Source: Deltaproteobacteria bacterium (GTDB lineage: Bacteria > Myxococcota > SpSt-1050 > JACRCP01). Taken from it: a stretch of DNA of 64,000 bases. Of the stretch, positions 53,270-61,788 are shown piece by piece. Every line of letters begins with the position of its first letter. Positions within the stretch are counted from its first letter, which is position 1. The stretch is from NCBI GenBank assembly GCA_016218965.1, contig JACRCP010000150.1, positions 12,316-76,315 of the forward strand. Direction: 5' to 3'. Both the position numbers and the translations under genes were made by a program. The notes below the pieces were generated by a model that ran no database searches, was not told the origin of the DNA, and saw only the letters and a list, made by a program, of their open reading frames with translations.

Positions 53270-53999
53270 GCGACCTCCCCGTGAGCTTGAGGTAAACCGA
53301 CTCGAGGTTGCCGCCGTGCGCTTCCATGAGAGCCTTCGGCGTGTCCGTCGTGACGATCCGCCCCGAGTCCATTATCGCCACACGGTCGCAGACCCGTTCG
53401 GCCTCTTCCATGTAGTGCGTCGTAAGAAGGAGCGTGGTGCCTTCGGCCTTGAGCGCCGCGAGCTTGTCCCAGACCGCCCGCCGGCTGTGGGGGTCGAGCC
53501 CGGTGGTCGGTTCGTCGAGAACGAGGACCTCCGGCCGGTTGATGAGAGCGCGCGCGAGCAAGAGCCTCCGGCGCATCCCGCCCGAGAGCTTGGGGACCTT
53601 GACCGAAGCCTTGTCGGAAAGCTCCACGAATTCCAGGAGCGCCGCGGTGCGTTCTTGCGCGGTCGTTCGCGGGATGTCGAAGTACCGGCTGTAGACGATG
53701 AGGTTCTCGAGGACGCCGAGATCGACGTCGAGGCTGTCGTCCTGCGGCATCACCCCCAACCTCGCCTTGATGGCCGAACAGTCCCTGGTGACGTCCATTC
53801 CTAGAACGCTTGCCGACCCCGACGTCGGAGGCATGTAGCAGCAGACAATGCGCATGGCCGTCGTCTTGCCCGCGCCGTTCGGCCCCAGGAACCCGAAACA
53901 CTCGCCCCGGACAATCGAGAACCGGACCCCCGCAAGCGCCCTGACGCCGTCGTAGTCCTTGACGAGATCCGTTGCAGAAATGACGATTTGCCCGTCCAT
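53259..53999 (-). CDS. ABC transporter ATP-binding protein.
   Basis: Walker A 'GPNGAGKTT', signature 'LSGGMRRRL', Walker B 'VLVLDEPT'. ATG at 53999. Confidence 0.85.
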   Translation of the reverse strand: MDGQIVISATDLVKDYDGVRALAGVRFSIVRGECFGFLGPNGAGKTTAMRIVCCYMPPTSGSASVLGMDVTRDCSAIKARLGVMPQDDSLDVDLGVLENLIVYSRYFDIPRTTAQERTAALLEFVELSDKASVKVPKLSGGMRRRLLLARALINRPEVLVLDEPTTGLDPHSRRAVWDKLAALKAEGTTLLLTTHYMEEAERVCDRVAIMDSGRIVTTDTPKALMEAHGGNLESVYLKLTGRSLAD

Positions 54000-54000
54000 T

Positions 54001-54040
54001 CGCGCGCGATACTACACGCCCCTCCCCCGCCGTTCAACCG
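54001..54040 (-). promoter_or_regulatory. Copy 1 of a perfect 40-bp direct repeat. On the coding strand it reads as a sigma70-like promoter (TTGAAC-N17-TAGTAT) ending 10 nt before the ABC ATPase ATG, so the mRNA would be leaderless or nearly so.
   Basis: The sequence is identical to 56970-57009. The minus strand reads cggTTGAACggcgggggaggggcgtgTAGTATcgcgcgcg(a)ATG. Confidence 0.5.
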
Positions 54041-54463
54041 TCGCGTTCGGCCCGGCAAACAACCGGCCGGTAGTCATGCCAATCGATGAACCTGGAAACA
54101 CAAAACCCCGCCTGAGGCCTTTCGGCTGGTCCGGCGGGGAGCAGATCTCAATTCACTGATGCAAAGCCCCTTATGTGCACTCGCCTGGACAACCCCGATG
54201 AAACTTCCTGACGCCCTGTTCACGGATGCAGCGGTTAGACTCAGCCAAGCAGGCAACGAGAAAAAGAGCCCCAGAGCAGAGAGATCCCGCGTGGCCGCAA
54301 TGAAGCAGCGGCACACCTGGGAGTGCCTCCGAGACAACATCAACCCGGTGACCGATCAGGACTCAACGTGGGCAAGGAGGGTGGGCGAGCCAAAGGGATG
54401 ACAAGGGCCGGATCAGATTGGCATTTGGCTTTTCATAACCTACGCCGCTCAACCATTTCTCAA

Positions 54464-55325
54464 TCATCCCCTGTTGCCGGTCGCGGCTAGATACTCCGTC
54501 AGCCAGTCAATCAAAGGCTCGATGTCTGCTTTCGCGAGCTTCCGGATCCCCTGCGCATATCGTGTGTTTACGACCTTCTTGCCGACCGGCTCACCCCGCT
54601 TCACCGCCTGAAGTCCTTCCAGAACACGGCGCGTTGAGCTTACTCGGCGCGCAACGAAGGCCTCCAGCCCTTCTTCGTCCGAGAAGAACGACAACTGAGC
54701 AGGCTCGGGCACAGTTTCACCACCCACGCCTTCTGGGGCAGGAAGTTCCTTCCAGATTCGAGTTGTGATGTTTCCCAGAGGCTCGGGGAGCCTTACGTCG
54801 CGGTAAAGCTTGATAGAGATGGCCTGGATATCTTTGCGCGAATGAACCTGGGCGATCTGTCAGTTTGGACACCTGCTTGGGAAGCCAGACCAGATTCGGG
54901 ATGAAGGAGTTGGTTTCCGGATTGTCATGAACCCGCCAAGCATGCGAAGCCACGTAACCTTTGCCAAGGAAACGTTTGTCATAGAGTTCCTGGCTTGCCG
55001 AACTGCGGATGCGCAATGGTTTTGGAAGACCCTTGATAAGCGAGTTGTCGTCACGGAAGAAACCTTCCTTGGCAGGCTCGCCCCAGTGCTCCCTGCCATC
55101 CTTGGACGCGCCCTTGCGGCAGCTATTGTCGCGCACGGCGAACGGAACAAGAACTGGCCACTTCTGGTAAAGAGTCGGCGACAACCAGATCCCGAGATCT
55201 GCGATCAGGCGAGACACCAGTGGCGGGAACAACTCCTCGTCCTGTTGCAGGATCTTCTGCAAGTAATGGTAGATCACATCGTCGCCGTCGTTGAGCAACT
55301 TGCGCTTTGACATGCTTTTTTCCAT
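54464..55325 (-). pseudogene. Frameshifted HNH_2-type (PF13391-like) putative restriction/abortive-infection endonuclease in a low-GC islet.
   Basis: The upstream part (ORF 54717..55340) carries '...YVASHAWRVHDNPETNSFIPNLVWLPKQ...'. The downstream part continues in another frame (an open frame from about 54859 to 54464: ...QIAQVHSRKDIQAISIKLYRDV...). This region is 50-57% GC against about 68% elsewhere. Confidence 0.4.
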
Positions 55326-55576
55326 CTTCAGGGACGCCAAAACACCATCGCATTGAGGTGTACTATAGTTTGATAGTCGCTGGCGTCAAGCCGGGAATGG
55401 CTTGCCGTCCCCCAGATTTCAGCAGATCGGTTTGGGGGGGATCCGGGGGTCAGACACTGTCACTTGACGCATATGGTCAATCCCGAACGGCGGTAGGCGG
55501 CGGGGGCGGTGGGCGGTAGAAGACGAGGGGACCACAAGAACGTGTCCGTCGTCGAGGGAGGCACTCGCAGGCCGGT

Positions 55577-56968
55577 TCAACGCGCACGGATGCTTAGGCA
55601 GTTGGTGATTGCGAGGTCGTTGTTGAGGCTCGAGTCGAGCTTTCGCCACGTCCGGGCGAAGACGATGCCATCGTCTTCAATCGGAACGTCCACCTCGAAA
55701 TGATAGTCGAACGCCTTTCGCGACCACAGTTGGTCGTCGTTTTCGAACACGTCCGTAATCTCGATTGACGGCGGGGTCGTCCCGCCCTGCTCGCGATGAT
55801 CCTCACAGGACCCGGGACGGACGGCGCTCAAGAGCACCGAGGCGCCCCGGCGCTGGTGACCGCGGATGACGAATCTGATCGTCTCACCGGCCGGGAGGTC
55901 GATCTCGTCCCCGGGCATCCCGAGAAACTCGCCGGCCTCGTCTAACGCCCAGAGCTCGATCATGTTGTCGAAGTCGTGGACGGCGACGTGCCCGGCGTTG
56001 AGCCCTTCGATCACCCCCGGCCACGTGAAATCCCTCGCGTAGACGCTCGTGCGCGCCTGCCCGAGCGCAACATCCATGAGGTCGTCGCTCTCGAGCGGCG
56101 TGCCCACGCGGTGGCAGTCGCTCGACCCCGTAGGGACCGTCTTTTTGCCCTGGCTCCAATCGCAAAGCCACGCGTTCATGCCGTCGAGGTCGCCGTCGTC
56201 GAAGCGCAGGCCGCCGTTCCAGATCTCGATCGCATCATATTCCATTGAGGTCCAGTCGTACTCGGTCCAGACCGCAATGTTGAACGGATGGTGCACCACG
56301 GCAAGGCCGCCGATGTCGTGAATGACCTGCACGTTCTGCCCGCCGGACACCTCGCCCACTGGTCGATCGACGAACGCGAAACCGGGCGCGGTGCCGCCGA
56401 ACGTCTTGAGGTCTTTGGGAACGCATCCCAGATGGCCCCGCGGCTCGTTCGGCGGATAGCCGGGGTCCCCTTTCTTTTCGGCCTGAATGGGGCTCACCTC
56501 GTTCCCGTCGGCCATCAGGAAGACGCCCGGCTCCGAGAGGGCGGCGGCCTCGTCCCAGTACGGGAATTCCGGCCCCACGTTCATGCACTCGGGTGCGATC
56601 TTGCCTTTTGCGCAGCCGGTTGCGTCGGAGTGGTCGGTAAGGACGACGAACTGAAGACCGCGCTCCAGCGCCACGCGCTTTATGTCGGCGGGGTGCGAAA
56701 GGTCGTCGGTGTCGTGCGAGGCCCCGGTCGCATGGACGTGCATGTCCCCCGCCAGCCAGACACCACCCGCGTCGAAGCTCCACACGTCGGCCTGCGCCGC
56801 GTCGACGCCGCCGTCGGTTTTGTCCCCGCCGGCGTCCGGCCCCCGCGCGTCGGTCCCCGCACCGGCCGCCGGCCCGCCGTCCGCGGCGATCCCGGTTTCC
56901 CCGCACGCGGAAAGCAGAGCGCCCGCGCAGACGAGCACGCAAAGAAGGCGTTTGGCGGTGGCTTTCAT
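55577..56968 (-). CDS. Secreted PHP-domain lipoprotein (CehA/McbA-like metallophosphoesterase).
   Basis: Lipobox (LVCAGALLSAC). 'DMHVHATGASHDTDD' and 'VVLTDHSD' are PHP motifs. ATG at 56968. It is a paralogue of the domain in the 48413..51088 gene. Confidence 0.5.
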   Translation of the reverse strand: MKATAKRLLCVLVCAGALLSACGETGIAADGGPAAGAGTDARGPDAGGDKTDGGVDAAQADVWSFDAGGVWLAGDMHVHATGASHDTDDLSHPADIKRVALERGLQFVVLTDHSDATGCAKGKIAPECMNVGPEFPYWDEAAALSEPGVFLMADGNEVSPIQAEKKGDPGYPPNEPRGHLGCVPKDLKTFGGTAPGFAFVDRPVGEVSGGQNVQVIHDIGGLAVVHHPFNIAVWTEYDWTSMEYDAIEIWNGGLRFDDGDLDGMNAWLCDWSQGKKTVPTGSSDCHRVGTPLESDDLMDVALGQARTSVYARDFTWPGVIEGLNAGHVAVHDFDNMIELWALDEAGEFLGMPGDEIDLPAGETIRFVIRGHQRRGASVLLSAVRPGSCEDHREQGGTTPPSIEITDVFENDDQLWSRKAFDYHFEVDVPIEDDGIVFARTWRKLDSSLNNDLAITNCLSIRAR

Positions 56969-56969
56969 C

Positions 56970-57009
56970 CGCGCGCGATACTACACGCCCCTCCCCCGCC
57001 GTTCAACCG
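56970..57009 (-). promoter_or_regulatory. Copy 2 of the 40-bp direct repeat and promoter-like element, placed immediately (1 nt) upstream of the PHP lipoprotein ATG.
   Basis: Identical to 54001-54040 and in the same position relative to the start codon. Confidence 0.5.
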
Positions 57010-57032
57010 GGAATCGGGTGGGCAGTGGACTT

Positions 57033-58169
57033 CTACAGCACCGTGCACGCAAACTCGACGAAGAGGCGGCCGGTGTCGCCTTGCGTGACGGCGGTGCAGG
57101 TGGAGTCGCAGAGGGTGAGAAACCGGGGATTTCCCGGATCGTCAAGGTACCATCCGTGTCCGCCGTTGCATCCGGCCTCGTCGCCGACGTTGGCGAAGAA
57201 CACCTCGCCGCTCCCGTCGTCGGGGACGAACCGCACCAGCGCACGATCTTTGGCAATCGAGTCGCGGGCGGGGACCTCGAACTCGCAGTCCAAGGCGCTT
57301 CGCCGCACTTGCGTCAGCGCGGCAAGGAACGATGCCTCGGGGTCGCCGCTGGTGTCCACGAGGATGGCGTGCCCCGTGCCGCCCGCCGCCGCGATCCTGT
57401 CCAGCGCGTTGAGGTCCTTGCCTACTCCTATCACGAAGGTCTTGACTGTCGGTTCGTCAAGCTGCGCCTTGCTTGCGACCGTCAAGACGTTCTCCAGGCT
57501 GTTCGGAAGCCCGTCGCTCACGGCAAGGCACGTGTCGTCGGGCACGCCGTCGGTCGCCAGCACCACCACGGCCCTCCGATCGGAGTTGCCGGGACTCCCG
57601 AGCCACGATTTGACGTACCCGGTCACTCCTTCGAGCACCTGCACCGTCGGCGTGCCGCCGGCCATCTGCTGGCGATCCAGCGAATCGGCGACCGCCTGCG
57701 CCGTTTCGGCCTGCCGGCCGCCACCGCCGAGAATCCCAATCGGCAGGGCCGGCGTCCCGTAGGCGCCCACGCTGCACTGCATTCGCAGCGGGAAGTACTG
57801 GAGACCCACGCCCAGCCCCGCGAACTGCGGGTCGTGGACGAATGATTTTAACGCCGACTTCACCGAAACCCACTTCCGGTCGTAGTCCATCGAATACGAG
57901 ACGTCGAGGACGATCATCATATCCAGCGGGTGGAGCTTGACCTCGCGGTTTTCGGACCCGCACACGGCGCCGAAACCCGCGTCCGCCTGCGCGCCTCCGC
58001 CATCGATGACGGACGCGTCGGCGGCCGCCCGTCCGGCCGCGTCAGCGCCCGTCGCAGCGCCGTCCCCGACCCAGGCACCGTCAGCCGCCTCTTCTCCGAC
58101 CGGGCTCGAACCGCACGCGGCCGCGCACGTGACGAACACGACAACGATGATACGTTCGGTGGTGTGCAT
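57033..58169 (-). CDS. von Willebrand factor type A domain lipoprotein.
   Basis: ATG at 58169. Lipobox (VFVTCAAACG). 'IVLDVSYSMDYD' MIDAS (DxSxS) motif. The ORF track's start at 58298 runs into the upstream gene. Confidence 0.65.
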   Translation of the reverse strand: MHTTERIIVVVFVTCAAACGSSPVGEEAADGAWVGDGAATGADAAGRAAADASVIDGGGAQADAGFGAVCGSENREVKLHPLDMMIVLDVSYSMDYDRKWVSVKSALKSFVHDPQFAGLGVGLQYFPLRMQCSVGAYGTPALPIGILGGGGRQAETAQAVADSLDRQQMAGGTPTVQVLEGVTGYVKSWLGSPGNSDRRAVVVLATDGVPDDTCLAVSDGLPNSLENVLTVASKAQLDEPTVKTFVIGVGKDLNALDRIAAAGGTGHAILVDTSGDPEASFLAALTQVRRSALDCEFEVPARDSIAKDRALVRFVPDDGSGEVFFANVGDEAGCNGGHGWYLDDPGNPRFLTLCDSTCTAVTQGDTGRLFVEFACTVL

Positions 58170-58174
58170 CGCCT

Positions 58175-61100
58175 TCACGCCTTGCAGGTGACCGTGCCGC
58201 CGCACCCGTCCGGGTGAACACCCGGCCCCAGCGCGGGGCAGTCGGCCTGCGTCTTGGGTGTGCATCCACAGCGGCCGGGCGCGCCCCCGCCGCCGCACGT
58301 CATGTGCTGCTGCGTGCAGGGGCAGGTGACGGACAGGCCGCAGTTGCCAATCTCACCGCACTGGTCGCCTTGCCCGCCCGCGGGACAGACCGGCGGCATG
58401 CAGCACGCGTTCTGATGACAGATCTCGGCGCCGCCGCACGCCGAGATCATCGTCCCGCCGCAGCCATCCGGTTTTCCATCATCGCCGCAGTTCGCGGGCG
58501 AATCGGGAACGCAAATGCAGACCCCGCCGCCGCAGTAGGCGTTGTCAAACGGCGCACCCGTCGAGCACGGGCAGGCAAGGAACGTCCCGTCGCCTCTCGG
58601 CCACGACGGGTTGGCCTGGTCCGAACAGGCGTGGCCCTGGGCGCCGTCGGCCCCGTACGAGTCGCAGGTTTCAAGCACGGCGCATACGCCGCTTTTGCAG
58701 TAGTTGCCGGCCACGCAGGGGCGGGGGACATCGGTGTCTGTGCAGTCGTCGTGGACGGGGGTGCAGGGGTCGCCGACGTCGCCTTTGGGGATTGGCGGCG
58801 GCGTGCAGCACGCGCCCTTGACGGCGCCGCTCACCACGGCGTTGTTCTTGTAGCAGTTTCCCGCCTTGCACTTGCACGTCAGACCGACTGCGTCGCCCGG
58901 GTACCGTGGGAAGTCGGCCGGGTCGTTGCCGTTCGAGCAGGGCTGCCCAACTGCGCCGTTGGCGCCGTAGTCGCTGCACGTCGCGTTGTCCTCGCAGTCC
59001 CCGTCCGCCGGGGCGTTGCAGTGCTTGTTGGCCGGGCAGTTGCACGAAAGGAACGCGTTTGAACAGCTGTTGCGCAGCACCGTGTTGTTACACTTGCCGC
59101 CGCACGAGACGGTGTTGGCGCAGCAGACCCCGACCTCTCCGGCGCCCGCGGTGTGCGGTGGAGACCCGGACACCGAGCAGATCCTGCCGCCGGTGCAGCC
59201 GCACGCGAGCGCGGGCGTCGCGTTGGGGGGCTGCTTGGGCCACGCGGGGTTTGTGTGCGGCGGCGTTGTGCACGGGTCGCCGGCCCTGCCATTGGCGTCG
59301 TAGTCGGCGCAGGTCTTGTTGGGCACGCAGTTGCCGTCCGCCGGCGCGCTGCAGAATTGGCCGGCGGGACAGGGGCAGGTCAAAAGCTGTCCGGTGCAGT
59401 TGTTTTTGAGTTTGGTGTTGTTGCACGTGTTGCCGCACGAAACGGTGTTTTCGCAGCAGGTCCCGATTGCGCACGGGTCGGCGCACCGGCCGCCGATGCA
59501 CTTCTTGCCCCCGCAGTCCGCATCGTCCGAACACGCCGTGCCGCTCACCGTCCCGCAGCCGGTCCCGGAAACCAGCGCCGCGCCGTCCGTGCAATACATC
59601 TGGGCGCCGGAGCACGGGCAGGCAAAAAGCGCGGGCGGCGCGGCCCCGTCGGAGAATGCCGGCCCGTTCGAGCAAATATCCCCCTCCGTGCCGCTGGCAT
59701 TGTAGTTTCCGCACGTCAGGTTGGCATCGCACGCCCCCGTACTGGCGTTGCAGTGCGTCTTGGGATCGGTGCAGGGACATGGGACCTGCGTGCCGTCGCA
59801 ATGGTCGGTGATTGGAGCGCAGGTGTTTTCGGGGCAGGTGTCGGGGACGCAGCAGGCCCCTGCCGTCCAGTCGGCGCCGGACTGTGTGCTGCCGAAGCAT
59901 TGCGCGCCGGATTGCGTGCATGGGCACGCCAGGTTGGCGCCGTCGCCTCCGGGAAAGGCGGGGCTCGGGCCGCCCGAGCAGGGGTTGGGCTCCGCACCGT
60001 CGGTGTACGCGCCGCACGCCCTGTCGGGCTCGCAGGTGTTCGTGGATGTGTTGCAGTGCAGCCCCGGCTCCGTACAGGCGCACGCGATGTCCGATCCGAT
60101 GCAGGCGTTCTTCTTGGTGACGTTGCACTCCAAGGGATCGCACGACACGGTGTTCACGCAACACCGGCCGGTGTCGCCTCCGCTCACCACCGCACCGTCC
60201 TTCATGCAAAGCCCGCTGCCCGTGCAAGGGCAGGTGAGATTCGTGCCGTCGCCCATCGGGAACTCCGAACTTGGCCCGTTTGAGCACACCTCGCCCGCGC
60301 CGCCCGTTGCGCCGAATTCGACGCACCCCGACGGGGGGACGCATGAACCGGTCCGCCCCGGGGTCTGCGTCGAGCAGACCAGCCCCTCCGCGCACGGGCA
60401 GTCGATGGCGCCCGGCAGGCCGTCGGGTCCCGGGCACCCGTCTGGAAGGCCCGTGCCGCACCTCCCCACGTACGGCCGCCGGTCGCAGGTATGCGGAGTG
60501 CACGGGGGCCCGCAGCGACCTTCGGGCCGGCAGACGTGCGCCGGGTCGCTGCACGTCCCGCAGTCGATTCTTCCGCCGCAGACGCTCTCCATGGCGCCGC
60601 ACTCGCGGCCCACGGCCACGCACTCGTCAGGGACCTCGGGAGGATCGCACCGGTTGCCGATGCCGCGCGCGCCGCACCTTGTCCCTTCGGGGCAGTCGCC
60701 GCACGCCGAAAGCCCGCCGCAGCCGTTGCTTATGAACCCGCACTCGGCGCCCTCCGCCGCGCACCGCTCCGCGTCCGGCGGGGGGACGCACCGCGGCTCG
60801 CAGACGTTGAACGCCGTGTTGCAGACCTTTCCCTCGGGACAGTCGCCGCACCTGATCACATTCGCGAAGGGCCCGCAACCCAGCCATGCCTCGCCGCACT
60901 CGTAGCCGAGGTCCGCGCAGGTCGGATTGGAACACGCAACGCAGAGGTGGGAGTTCCGATCGCACTCCGTCAGAGGATCGTCGCAGTCGCCGCAGTCCAG
61001 CCGCTGTCCGCAACTGTTTCGCACCGGGCCGCACTGGGCGCCCAGCGCCGCGCAGTCGGCGGCCGGCACGACGCACATGTGCGCCTCGAGGTTGCAGACG

Positions 61101-61477
61101 AGGCCAGCGGCGCACGCGCCGCACTGGTCGTACAAGCCGGAACAGGGGTTTCGAACTGGCCCGCAAAGATCGGTGCAGTCGGCAGGCGCGCAGCCGGCAT
61201 CGACAGGTCCGGCGTCCACCGAATCTGCTCCGGTGTCCAAAACGCCGCCCGTGTCGCTCCCGTCCCGGCCCGGACCGGCATCGGCTTGCGCGCCCGCGTC
61301 TCCACCTGGAATGGCCGGGACATCGAGGTCGCCGGCCCCCGCGTCGTTTGCGGCCGGATCCCCCGTGTCGCCGCCGACCGTCAGCGCCGACTCGCCCCAA
61401 CTGCACGCGACGCCGCAAACCGCGAGACACAGGGGCAAAAGGTGTTGGCACCGAAAGCCGGCGCGGTGTCTACGCAT
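58175..61477 (-). CDS. Giant (1100 aa) secreted Cys-rich tandem-repeat lipoprotein.
   Basis: ATG at 61477 with a GGAGGTG RBS. Lipoprotein signal (LLPLCLAVCGVACS). The N-terminus has about 40-aa CxxxGxxCG...CGxC...C modules. These are followed by at least six ~100-aa repeats (C..Y..xG..G..CSNGP...CPC..G..C). Confidence 0.6.
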   Translation of the reverse strand: MRRHRAGFRCQHLLPLCLAVCGVACSWGESALTVGGDTGDPAANDAGAGDLDVPAIPGGDAGAQADAGPGRDGSDTGGVLDTGADSVDAGPVDAGCAPADCTDLCGPVRNPCSGLYDQCGACAAGLVCNLEAHMCVVPAADCAALGAQCGPVRNSCGQRLDCGDCDDPLTECDRNSHLCVACSNPTCADLGYECGEAWLGCGPFANVIRCGDCPEGKVCNTAFNVCEPRCVPPPDAERCAAEGAECGFISNGCGGLSACGDCPEGTRCGARGIGNRCDPPEVPDECVAVGRECGAMESVCGGRIDCGTCSDPAHVCRPEGRCGPPCTPHTCDRRPYVGRCGTGLPDGCPGPDGLPGAIDCPCAEGLVCSTQTPGRTGSCVPPSGCVEFGATGGAGEVCSNGPSSEFPMGDGTNLTCPCTGSGLCMKDGAVVSGGDTGRCCVNTVSCDPLECNVTKKNACIGSDIACACTEPGLHCNTSTNTCEPDRACGAYTDGAEPNPCSGGPSPAFPGGDGANLACPCTQSGAQCFGSTQSGADWTAGACCVPDTCPENTCAPITDHCDGTQVPCPCTDPKTHCNASTGACDANLTCGNYNASGTEGDICSNGPAFSDGAAPPALFACPCSGAQMYCTDGAALVSGTGCGTVSGTACSDDADCGGKKCIGGRCADPCAIGTCCENTVSCGNTCNNTKLKNNCTGQLLTCPCPAGQFCSAPADGNCVPNKTCADYDANGRAGDPCTTPPHTNPAWPKQPPNATPALACGCTGGRICSVSGSPPHTAGAGEVGVCCANTVSCGGKCNNTVLRNSCSNAFLSCNCPANKHCNAPADGDCEDNATCSDYGANGAVGQPCSNGNDPADFPRYPGDAVGLTCKCKAGNCYKNNAVVSGAVKGACCTPPPIPKGDVGDPCTPVHDDCTDTDVPRPCVAGNYCKSGVCAVLETCDSYGADGAQGHACSDQANPSWPRGDGTFLACPCSTGAPFDNAYCGGGVCICVPDSPANCGDDGKPDGCGGTMISACGGAEICHQNACCMPPVCPAGGQGDQCGEIGNCGLSVTCPCTQQHMTCGGGGAPGRCGCTPKTQADCPALGPGVHPDGCGGTVTCKA

Positions 61478-61517
61478 CGTGTGCACCTCCGACAAGGACA
61501 TCCGGAAGGAGAACAAA

Positions 61518-61533
61518 CGCAAGGCCCGTGCCA
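61518..61533 (-). promoter_or_regulatory. Sigma54 promoter (TGGCAC-N5-TTGCG) upstream of the Cys-rich giant gene.
   Basis: The minus strand reads TGGCACgggccTTGCG, a near-consensus -24/-12 element. Its -12 lies about 40 nt upstream of the ATG at 61477. It is adjacent to a sigma54-dependent activator gene. Confidence 0.6.
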
Positions 61534-61788
61534 CGCACGCGCAATCCGCTGCAAACCGAAAATATGCGGGCAATTCCGGTTGGCTATCTGGCCTGTCGGA
61601 AAAACGGAAGGCGCACCGGCCGGGGCGTCACGCCCCACCCGACAAAAGGCGGCGGGTTCCGCAACGCAGTGGAAAAAAGCGCTTTTTGGGGGGGGACAAC
61701 GGTTTCCTGTCGAGTGGGGTCGGCACCCCCAGCCCGGGGACACGGCCCCCTGGGCCTCACTCCCCCCCGCGGTAGAGGCCGTGCTTTT

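Noticed and set aside
54717-55340. The ORF-track start at 55340 for the HNH-like ORF, and treating 54464..54727 as an independent 87-aa gene.
   Set aside because: 55340 is a TTG and the first ATG is at 55325. The 87-aa ORF begins on GTG exactly where the second frame opens after a stop, so it fits a frameshifted single gene better.
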